From Sphaerodactylus townsendi (taxonomy: Eukaryota), in NCBI RefSeq assembly GCF_021028975.2, contig NC_059428.1, positions 74,896,001 to 74,960,000 of the forward strand: a stretch of DNA of 64,000 bases. The letters are read 5' to 3'. This document shows, piece after piece, positions 1 to 9,900 of the stretch. The translations under genes were made by a program, and so were the position numbers. The notes beneath the pieces are model-generated. The model was not told the DNA's origin. It searched no databases and saw only the letters and a program-made list of their open reading frames with translations. Every line of letters starts with the position of its first letter. Position 1 is the stretch's first letter.

Positions 1-915
1 AAGGTTATCTTAATCCTTTTCAGACAGCATGACTCATGTTTTCTGCTTACGTCTCTCTTTGGTCTGCATTTCTTTGACTTCACACATAGCTTTCTTGGTT
101 CAGGAGAATTAACACAAACCGAAATGGACATTGCTGCAATTATATTTTTTAATTAATGCTCTCCAAGAATTCAGTCTTCACTTCTCTTTTTACAAAAATC
201 AACAGGGAAACAGTTGTGTATATGAGAGATATTTACATTTGTTTATTTATACATTGCAATCATACAGCATGTTACTGTGGTAAGGAGGCTAAAGAATGCT
301 CTTGGTCAAACAGGTACTATAAGTGGATACACTGAAAGGATTTCCTGCCCTGTTCCTCCAGGTGGTTTTAGATAGCAAATCACAGAATGAATAGAATTAT
401 TCTGTATCTTTGTGAATTTCCGGAATTCTATCACTAGGCTTACTAGGCTGTTTTTTTTTATCAGGAAACAAACCCCAGAATAGGGCTAGGAAGATGGCAG
501 TGAAGGTTTGTTTCTTGGTATCTGGATAACTAGTTGTCATATAAGCAAACTTTATTTACTTGTTTCAGCAAAAAGTAAACTGTGCACATGGGACTCCTGT
601 CATAAAAACAATGCTTTCCTCTACCAGCACTAGTGGAGGGCCCACACTGGCCAGGGATTCTATATAAGGCTGCATTGGATCAGTGTATGCAGAATGAACA
701 AAGATGGATTTAATCTGCAGTCCAAATCCCAGAGGCCCTGACAATGTACAATAGTCTTTTATACGCCTTGTCTATCATAACAATGACCATTTTGCTAGCA
801 TTACATTGCCAGTTCAAATGTTCTACCCTGGCAGAAACATCAATTTCTTCCTCCTTCTCACTCAGACCCAAAATCTCAAAGTCTTGAAAGGTTTGGAGTA
901 TTACTGGTGGATTCC

Positions 916-1024
916 GCATGGGCCAAATACATCAGTGTGAAATCAGTGTAAAATGGTTTAAAATGGTGTAAAATGGTTTACACTGTTTTCACACCATTTT
1001 CACACCACTGTTTTTGGCCCACGC
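916..1024. repeat. Short palindromic MITE-like element with internal ~10-bp repeats
   Basis: gcatgggccaaa...gtgtgaaa versus tttcacac...tttggcccacgc. Confidence 0.55.
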
Positions 1025-1661
1025 ACTTTTTCCTATATGAACCCGTTTGTAAGATCTTCGGAGGAGCATTTGCTCAGAACACTATCATTTGTGGATGCAA
1101 AATTGGCAACCATTATGAGCAGGGAAAGGTCAGGTATCATCAAATTGAACAGCATAACCCCTCCCCTCTCGCCACCCTGCATACAGCAGAACCTCCTCTC
1201 CTTCCAGCTGATGGCAAAAACCTCTCTTCTCCATCATATTTCAGTAATAGCTGCCTATCAATTTTGGCTTGTGCTGCTGTTTGGCTTTTTAAATTTTATT
1301 TTATTTTTAGATTTTGATCTCCTGAATGTTTTGCATGTGCTTATGAACTGTGCTTCAATTATGTTGCATCATACTTTGAATATTATTAGTAAGTGGCATA
1401 AAATTTGGTAAATAAATATTCAGAAATTATTCAGTTTCAGGGAAACTTTTTATTCCAGCTGTCAAGCTCTCTATAAAGCTAAGTGCTAGCTCCCAAAGGA
1501 GAAAAAAAGGCAGCGAGGTTGCTTATCAGAATACATAGAGAATTACTTAATATAGGCTAGCCCTGTACTTCAGTCTACAATTCTAGGAACACTTTTTTGA
1601 GATTACCTGGACACTGTGAGGCACTACCAAGTAAACTGCATAGAACTGAAGCAGAGAGCTT

Positions 1662-2203
1662 GAGCCACCATGGTGTAGTGGTTAAGAACAGAGGGACTCT
1701 AATTTGGAGAAACAAGATTGATTCTCCACTTCTCCACATGCATGGCAGACTCTAACCGGTCAACCAGGTTTCTCTCCCACTCCTCCACATGAAGCCTGCT
1801 GAGTGACTTTGGGCTAGTTACAGTTATCTTCAAACTTTCTCAGCCCCACCTAGAGGTTTTTTTTTATTTATATCCCCCTTTCTCTCCTGTAGGAGACTCA
1901 AAGGGGTTTACAATCTCCTTGCCCTTCCCCCCCACAACAAACACCCTGTGAGGTAGGTGGGGCTGAGAGAGCTCCGAGAAGCTGTGACTAGCCCAAATTC
2001 CCCAGATAAGCCTCCACAGCTCAGGCGGCACAGCGGGGAATCAAACCCAGTTCTCCAGATTAGATACTCAAGCTCTTAACTTCCTACACCACTGCTGCTC
2101 CACAGGGTGTCTGTTGAAAGGAGAGGAAGAGAAGAAATTTGTACGTTTTTTATAAAAAACTTCTTACAGTTGAAAAAAGTAGGATATAAACCCAAACTCT
2201 TCT
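1662..2203 (+). mobile_element. tRNA-derived squamate SINE (Squam3-like), split by a second SINE
   Basis: ggtgtagtggttaag head, gggctagttacag...ctcagccccacc core, resumes at about 2101 with cacagggtgtctgttg and ends ataaacccaaactcttct. Confidence 0.75.
1856..2100 (-). mobile_element. tRNA-derived SINE nested in antisense orientation
   Basis: Reverse strand reads gagcagcagtggtgtaggaagttaagagc...ggtttgattcccc...ctctcagccccacctacctcacagggtgtttg...gatataaataaaaa. Confidence 0.8.
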
Positions 2204-2379
2204 AGACTTGTTACAACTGCCAGTAGCTGTCTTACCATTTTTACCTTTTCAGACCTTTACTCTGATCTACAAATGAAACCACATGGAGATCTAGTAATAC
2301 CCTACTACATGAAGTTATGGTCCAGATCTAAAGAACCATGCAACTAGTTCCATGATCAGAAGGCAAACATTTAGTTGCG

Positions 2380-2700
2380 TTTCTCAAAAAGAAGTTGTCC
2401 ATGTCTACAAGGCATGTCTTTGTGAAAAAAGATGTTGTTACATAGCCATGGAGCTGGGCTATTCACATGGAAAAGGTCAAAAATATCACTAGGCAATCCA
2501 AATGATTTCACAGATATCTTCAGACATACAATTCAAGATGTTTTGATGTAACAAAGAACAAATTGGAGCACAGTGCAAGATGTCAGCCAACAAGAAATAG
2601 ACATGCTATATCCAGTGGTAGATTCTGATTTTGAATTTGAGCTTAATGCTTCAGACAGAAAGAAGAACATCCATACAAGACACCCTTAAAATTTGTCTGG
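2380..2700 (+). mobile_element. Possible highly degenerate L1 ORF1 C-terminal remnant
   Basis: Fragments FTDIFRHTIQ, FDVTKNKL and MLYP resemble the L1 ORF1 C-terminus; weak. Confidence 0.25.
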
Positions 2701-3479
2701 ACACTCTGAATTTTTTTCCCCAGAACCAACCTGATACCCCCAAGTTGTTTCACCTGCAGATTTCTTCAGAACTCATGTTCTGTCATATCCTTACATTTAT
2801 ATGGTAAACCTATACTCAATCTCCCTCTTCCCTTCCCTTCAATCAGAGCTTCTTTTCTGATCATTTTAATACAGCTTTGCATATATTTACCGCTAAAACC
2901 AAACAAGCTATATGGTAACCTACTTCAAGGGATAAAATGTTTTTAGCCTATGATTATTGTACAGTCCTGGGTAATTATCTTTGTCTCCATCTGTAAAAAG
3001 GCGTAAATGATGTGCTGGAGCAAGGTTAACAAATATAAAAATATAAAAACAGACAAGCACTTCATACACTAGAACTACTGTATTATGTAAAGTGAATATG
3101 GGCTAATAATGGCCAAATCCCTTCTCATAAATACTTAGCCATACAGAAATACTAATCTCGTTCATCTTGAAACAAAGGCAACTAGGAGACAATTTATTTG
3201 CTCTGTGCTTTTCAGTAAGCAGTTTGGAAAGGCAATAGACATGTCCTAATGCTGGAAAACCAAAGAGCAGAATTATTTCCCTCCCAACTGTCATGAAATG
3301 GTTCAAGTAAGCCAGCCCAGTCAGACCTGCAGGGGTTTGACAAGTCTCTCCCTGGCTCCATATAGCGAAAACTCATTTCTGGAAATGCAGAGTAAAGTTC
3401 CCTCTTCAGGACACTTCCTTGTTTACTTCTGAACTGAAGCGATGCCGAATATCCCTGGACTCAAGGTTCTGACAGCTCT

Positions 3480-4330
3480 TTTCTCTGCCCACCCCCGCCC
3501 GCCCTCCTTTCCAGACTAGGGGACGAACTCCCCTTTCAGGAATGGGGGCGGGGGGGAGAACAGTTTATCCCAATCTTCACAGGACTCGGCTTCAGAAACC
3601 GGCTCCACTTAGCATCCCTCCCCACTGACAGGCATCGTTTCTACGAGGAGCTTCCCCGTCCAATGCAAAGCGCGTTGTCCCTCTGTCGAAGAGGTAGGGA
3701 GAAGAATGCAAGCGCTCCCGTGTTCCCTGCTCCTCGGGTTAAAACAGGTCCTAAATGCCGGGACAGAGGGAGAGGTTGCTTCGCCAGCAAGGAGCTATCC
3801 TCAATCAGCTTTTGCGCGCTCGGCTAGCAAAGTCGGGGCTTGCAAAGGTTCGCGCCCCGCCACGAGTCGCAAGAAGCTTATTCCTCCCCCCCGCGCGACC
3901 TTACCACATGATAAAGTCCCCGGTTCGCCCTTCGCTCTGCCGCTGCTGCAGCCACGGTGGTGCGGATCTGAAGCCGGGTTGCTGCGGCTGTTCCTGCACG
4001 AGTAGCATTCCCGCCGGCGGCTCACTGACACCTCCCTCCTCGAGCGCGGGAATAGGGACACCGTCGCCTCCAGCACACTTCGGTGCAGATTAATCTACAA
4101 GAGCAAAGCCCCCAGATCGGGCGCCAAACCTCTCGTCTTCTTCGCAGCCAGTGCAGTTCACTGGGATCCCTTAGCGCCTCCTGCTGGCCCGGCTCAGGAA
4201 GCGCGACAGCATCCAGTCACCCAACCAGCGGGCGAGGGAGGGGAAACCCCCGTGAAGACAGGCAAGGTGCATCAGAGCACTGAAAACGACCGCTGGAGGA
4301 TGCAGATCTGAAGGCTTGTGGGAGAATCAC
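3480..4330. promoter_or_regulatory. CpG island, probable promoter or non-coding first exon of a leftward gene (SYTL5 expected by synteny)
   Basis: GC- and CpG-rich unique sequence; candidate minus-strand donor GTG|gtaagg at 3905/3904; no SYTL5 coding sequence seen, so identity is inference. Confidence 0.55.
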
Positions 4331-5510
4331 AGAAGGTCTGTAAAAGGAAAAATGCTGGCTTTTATGGCGATCAGCGTCTAGCCCTTGAAGCGCAGTTCTG
4401 TTTTGCCGACTTATGACTTTGGAGGATCCTAAGTTGTTTAGCTGTACCGGTGGGAGAATTTCTGCAGTTATCCCATCTGTTCCTGGCCTCACAAGACTGT
4501 GAAGCAAACTGCTGATGACAGGACTGGATGATCCGCTGCTTTGGTGTACACTAGCATTCACATTCTGGGGTGGTATGAAACAGAAAGATGTGTGTGCAAA
4601 GCAAGCTATATGTTTATCAACACACAGGTATGGCAGCATTTTGCTGCTGTTCTAAACAAAACCTCCGTGACTGCTGCAGAATATTGACTCCAATTCTTCT
4701 TGATTGAGAAGCCTGCAACAATTCTTGCCTCCCAGAATCCTGGTTTCCTGCCTTTAATGGCAGTCATGGAAGAATCCTCGGATCCACATTCAAACTATGA
4801 CAATATCTATGACTATGTCTATTTCAAAAACAGGATTTTACTGGATCTTGCTTTCTCAAATATACTTAAACCTTTGAGGAAATGTACACAATGCATAGAA
4901 ATCTCTCCCCTCAGCTTTGAGAAGCTTCTGGAATACTTCACATTTTCCTCAGCAAGGAGGTTTGCACTATGTGCACACGTGAGCTTGCTAACTTATAAAG
5001 GGAAGTGCATATTTGTAAAAATACAAGTGTCCCTTTTTCACTATTTTCATTTTTATTTTCCATAAAACATTACAGCCATGAATATCTTGTTGCAATTAAC
5101 AGAAAATACAAAATATATCCATGCATAAATGATGTCTAGACTATATGACAGTTGCTTTGAAGGACATGCCTGATGGTTCTGTAAATATTATAACTTTATT
5201 ACAGCCTGAAAAAGATGCAGTTCCTAAAGCTAGTATTCTACAGAGCAGAAGCTGCTGTTATGTTAGTAAAGCACTTAAACAATATACATACAGAAAAATT
5301 CCAGTCAACAGTGAGGGAAGAAGAAGGCCAATAACTATGACTAGAGTTGTCTCTTGTACTTCTGTGAGCAGACTCAGTGACATTTTTAAAATACTCCATA
5401 GAAGGCAACCATGGGCTACTTCCATTAGGAGGATTTAACTGGAGTGTTCATAAGCTTCTATACAACATTGTGTTCAAATCATCCTGTTTCCAGGACTTCA
5501 ATATGCTTTC

Positions 5511-5881
5511 CAGAGGCGGAGCACTCACGTGGACATGTGGGGTCACAGTGTCCCCAGGTGCACATCAGCTGGTCATGAGGGGACAGAGAACCGCCCCCAC
5601 ACCCCTCCCCCCAGCCCCGCCCCCCAGGCTGCTGCTTCAGCCAGCCGGCGGAGGCTCTGCGGGCCGAAGGAGCAGCCTGGCTGGGCTGCTGGGTGCCCCT
5701 CGGCCCTGCCCCACCAGGCTGCTCCTTCAACCAGTGGAGGCTCTGCTGAAGGAGCAGCTTGGTGGGACTGGGCCGAGAGGTGGCCCGCAGCAGGCTCCCA
5801 CCTAAGGTAAGTGGGGGGCAGTATGGGGGGGCAGGGGGCACCCAGAACAGGTGTTGCCCTGGGCACCATCCCCCGCCTCTG
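5511..5881. mobile_element. Non-autonomous hAT element
   Basis: TIR CAGAGGCGG / CCGCCTCTG; exact 8-bp TSD ATGCTTTC (5503-5510 and 5882-5889). Confidence 0.85.
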
Positions 5882-6571
5882 ATGCTTTCTACCATGCCTC
5901 CTTTACTTCCATCATTTTGGAGTTAAGTATGTCATCTGGAAGAAATGGTGCACATTTTCCTGCCCTATCCCACATATGCCATTTTCCTGCAATCGTACTT
6001 ACTTATTTATTTATTTATTTATTTGCTGTTTATTTTGTTGAGGTGTTTTCAATTGGTAGCTACTATAGAGTTACTACCCTATAATGCCCTAGTGCTACTT
6101 ATTTCAAACTTTAATCAAGATATTATGGCACTATAATGCATGTGCGAAAAAAACAAAAAAAGGGGGGGGGGCTGGCAAGTCAGCTTAGGAGCCATTATGA
6201 ACATTCCTGAAATCCTGAACATTATGAACATTCCTGAAATCCAAGGTGGAGCTATTGCAGAGCACGTATAGCCAGGAGAAATATCCTTCTTTCAGAATAG
6301 CACAGAAGTGCTAATATTGAATTTAAGATCTCTTGATCTTTTGAAGGAGGGACCTGGTACACTCATACACTTTCTTCTTCCCACAAAGATTTTCATTAGA
6401 AAAGAAACTGACAACTCCATGCATACAAAGGGATGTACACATAGATAACTCTTTAACTGAAATAATCGGAGAAATGCATTCAGAAGTTGCACATGCATAT
6501 CACAATGCACATAAAATGCTAGATCAGGACAATTATGTAGAAAATGTATCATTGGGCATTTTGCACAGGCA

Positions 6572-6712
6572 AGGCTGCTGATCTAGGACCGCCAATGCCA
6601 AGAATAAGTCAGACACCACCTGAGTAGATCCTGTGGCCATGGAGGAGTTTCACCTCTATAACGATGAGCTAATTCTCACTTGCCTCTAGAGTAGCACTGC
6701 CTGGAATTCTCT
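6572..6712 (+). pseudogene. Degenerate duplicate of DYNLT3 5'UTR, exon 1 and start of intron 1
   Basis: gatcctgtggccATGGAGGAGTTTCACCTCTATAACGATGAG|ctaatt (MEEFHLYNDE, ATG at 6639) aligns to about 9316-9456; donor changed GT to CT. Confidence 0.9.
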
Positions 6713-6716
6713 CTAT

Positions 6717-7209
6717 GGCCCACTCCGCACAAGCCAAAAACAATGCCTCAGGCATGGTAAAAACACAGTTCCTTGGACACACTTTGCATGGCTGCCACTT
6801 CCATACCGAGGCAGCACTGTGCTCCCTGCCCCCAACTGGCAGGGAAATGCTGTTTTTCAGACACGCTCAATGAGAAAGGTTTTTGAAAAACAGTGTTGTG
6901 CACCTGGTGCCATGCGAATGGCACCGGGTTGGAGGTGCCCCTTTTTAGGCACCTCCTGTTTTTTTTAAACACCTATCCTCTCCCTGTGCAGCTCTGCAGG
7001 AACGAGGAGATACGCCCATGCTGCCCTCCAACCCGAGAGCAGCACCATAGCCATGGGGTTGTGTTCTTTCGTCCCTGCGGAGCTCTGCAGGAAGAGAAGG
7101 TAGGTTTTAAAAAAAACAGGAGGTGCCTCCATATGGAATGGTCCCGTGGCTCCACCGTCATAATGTATGCCAGTATGCAGCCACTTCATTGGCCTGTGCT
7201 GAGTGGGCC
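6717..7209. mobile_element. Palindromic Harbinger-like MITE
   Basis: TIR GGCCCACTCCGCACA / TGTGCTGAGTGGGCC, flanks TAT / TAA, internal inverted arms at about 6948-7000 and 7073-7130. Confidence 0.7.
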
Positions 7210-7379
7210 TAAGTTTCCTCCCCACTTTGAAAACTGCTGTTGGGTAGAAAATGACACTTAAATCATTTCAAGTTCGTTTAATCCATACTAGTGTCTCTTT
7301 TTTTGCCATCAAGTCACAACTGATTTATGGCAACCCCTCGGGTTTTCAAGACAAGAGATGATTACTGGGCATTTTGCAT

Positions 7380-7780
7380 AGGAGTGGGAGACCATCAAGG
7401 AATACAGTGGAACCTAGATTTTCATTGGCAATTCGTCCGGGAAACCTCGGCGAAAAATGAAACCAACGAAAACTGAGGCTCCCATTGGCAAGCAATGGAG
7501 CAGCAGAGGGTTGCTGGTTTTCGTCGTGAAAATAGCGCGTATGTGCCAACAAAAACCGGCGAAAACTGAAGAAATCGACGAGAACCGAGACACCTTTTCA
7601 TTGAAAAAAAAAGACAAAAACCGAAACCGACAAAAACCAACGGCAACGATAACCGAGGTTCCACTGTACCAGGGTTCTTATGCAGAGGAAGGCAATGGCA
7701 AACACCCCCGTTAGTCTTTTTTTCCCTTGAAAATCCTATTGGGTTGCCATAAGTCTGCTGTGACTTGATGGCACTTTACA
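7380..7780 (+). mobile_element. 5S-derived SINE interrupted by the Tigger-like MITE
   Basis: tgggagaccatcaaggaata | MITE | ccaggg...gaggaaggcaatggcaaac...gggttgccataagtc...gacttgatggcac. Confidence 0.55.
7405..7666. mobile_element. Tc1/mariner-pogo (Tigger-like) MITE
   Basis: TA-CAGTGGAACCT ... AGGTTCCACTG-TA; CpG-rich interior. Confidence 0.85.
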
Positions 7781-8999
7781 TACATATGAATGGGTCTAGA
7801 GTCAAAATGAGAGGAAACAACACATTTCCAGAAGGTAAAGACACTTTTCATGAAAAAACACTGATGGCTTGATTTTACTTTTACCACCAACACCTCCAAA
7901 CCTGTGGAGATTGAGGGCTGCATATATGTAAGTACTATCTTCATTCTGTTATGGCAACACCACCAGCAAAATACATCAAGGCGCTGCCACCAAGCAGGCT
8001 CTGATTAATGGGACCTGTTCAGTCTACGGCTGAAGCTGGGAAGAAAGAGTTGGCCCTCATGAATGTTCTGACCTCTGTTTCCCCCAAGAGACCCTTTAAT
8101 CTGTGTGGGTAATAGTTCCTTCACAATTTAAAGAACGGTAGGGGATTGGTTTGTAGTCAAGTCATCCTTCAAGTCAGATTCTGCCACCAAAATAATACTT
8201 TGGCATACAAAGAATACTTCCCCAAACCTGTTAAAGCACTGCAAGAGGGGTCACTTGGGGACTGAGGACATAGGGTCTTTCTTCCCTTGCCCATGAAATG
8301 TTCAGATATGCCCAGAGACCATGCCCACAATCTCATCAGTTCTCAAGTAGAAAGGGTTTCCTGGAGTGCATGGTGGGTGGGGTGGAAGGCATACCTTCCT
8401 TCACTGAACCTGAGGAAACTTCATACCTTCATACTAATTCAAGAAATCTTTACCCACTATTTCTGGTTCCTAGGATTTCCGTTGCCCTGAACTAAAATAG
8501 CTTTCAAAATTTTCCAGATCAACACAAGATCTTGTTATATGTCAGTGAATGATTAATTCATTTCGATGGTATAAAGCCAAAATACAATCAAGGGGTTTTG
8601 CTTTAGGTTTTGGCTTAACTCGTGAAAAGTAGGGAAAAAATGATTTTTAGCCTATTAGTTAAATTGATTTGATTGATTAAACTGGTGCCACTGATTAAAC
8701 AGGAAGCAATTTATATACGGCATTAAAATGTTCCAAAACCAAGAGTGGAAGATGCATAGTTTCCTATGTTTCCAATTCCATAGTTTCCTAAACGGTGATT
8801 TTGGAAACACTCGTGACCATCACCTAAAACGTTAAAAAAAACCAAAGGTTTCTTTGTAAGTATTGTATGGTCCATGCTTGTATAGACATAATTAAATCAG
8901 TTACGATTAAGGAATAAAACGTCTTTGATCAAGTGATTCCCTTACTGAAAAGAGGAAGCATGAAAATTGAACTCTACCAGGGAATCCCATATGTGTGCG

Positions 9000-9900
9000 G
9001 GTACGCAGCTTGAACATGCTCAAGTGGATTCCTCACAGCATATTTATGAGTTGCAATCGTTATAAATTAATTCGTTTTTCAAAGACAAAACAAGTTCTTT
9101 TTTAAAGATTGCAACTCCATTTGGTAGGGTGGGTGTGCGGGAACGTCAGAGAACTATCGCGTCGAACGGATTCAGGTTTGCCACTGAAGGCCGATTCCAG
9201 TCAAGACGCATGCTACGCTTACAAACGTGGGAAAGCACCTTTTCCAGCGGTTATCCGTTTTAGCCGGCAGAGGGAGCTACAGAAAGAGTTGGCGTCCCCA
9301 GTCGGAGAGAAGGTGGGGCTGCTCATCTCTGATCGTCAACGTCGAGAATAAGGCGGTCGCTGCCTGAGCAGATCCTGTGGCCATGGAAGAGTTTCACCCC
9401 CATAACGACGAGGTAATTCGCACTTCCCCCTCGGTGAGCCCTGCTTGGAATGATCTCCGCGTTCCCTTCCTTGCCGGCTCGAGTTAGCATTATCCCAAGC
9501 GCGGATGGATTTCATTCTTCGCGGAGACGTTCTGTGCGGTCAGATTTGTTTTGCTGGTTGGCGGATGAATCAAGAGAACCCTCCGCCAGCCTTGCTTGTC
9601 TGTGGGTGGGGGAAGGAGGCTGGTCCAGCCGGCTCCATAGGAGCCGGCTGAGTGGATTTCACGCGATCGCCGCTTGAAAAGCAGGGGAGTGCTTTGTCAT
9701 AACAAGGCGGAGCCCTGTGATGAAACAGCGAGTTGAAGTCCTCGGCCTGCATGAAATGCCGAATGAAGGCGATCTCTTTCGGACAAGCACTGCCTGGTTC
9801 AGGCCCACCTCCAAAATTTAGATAATGAGACTCTGCCCCGAGAGCTGCAGCATTAAACGCTGCTGACTCTGTTCCGCGATAGAGAGTCGCATTTCTGATG
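9000..9900 (+). promoter_or_regulatory. CpG-island promoter of DYNLT3
   Basis: High CpG density around exon 1 compared with CpG-poor flanks. Confidence 0.75.
9383..9412 (+). CDS. DYNLT3: DYNLT3 coding exon 1 ([10 protein letters not shown])
   Basis: gccATGG Kozak context inside a CpG island; donor GAG|gtaatt. Confidence 0.93.

Noticed and set aside
710-919. Minus-strand ORF as a SYTL5 coding exon
   Set aside because: No resemblance to the Slp homology or C2 domains
3706-4639. ORFs in the CpG island as a protein-coding gene
   Set aside because: Low-complexity translations in several frames with no recognisable protein; typical of CpG islands
5377-5895. Overlapping ORFs of 93-142 aa
   Set aside because: Mostly the GC-rich interior of the hAT element 5511-5881
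6639-6689. Functional alternative first coding exon of DYNLT3
   Set aside because: Donor is CT rather than GT and an in-frame TAG follows; treated as a pseudo-exon
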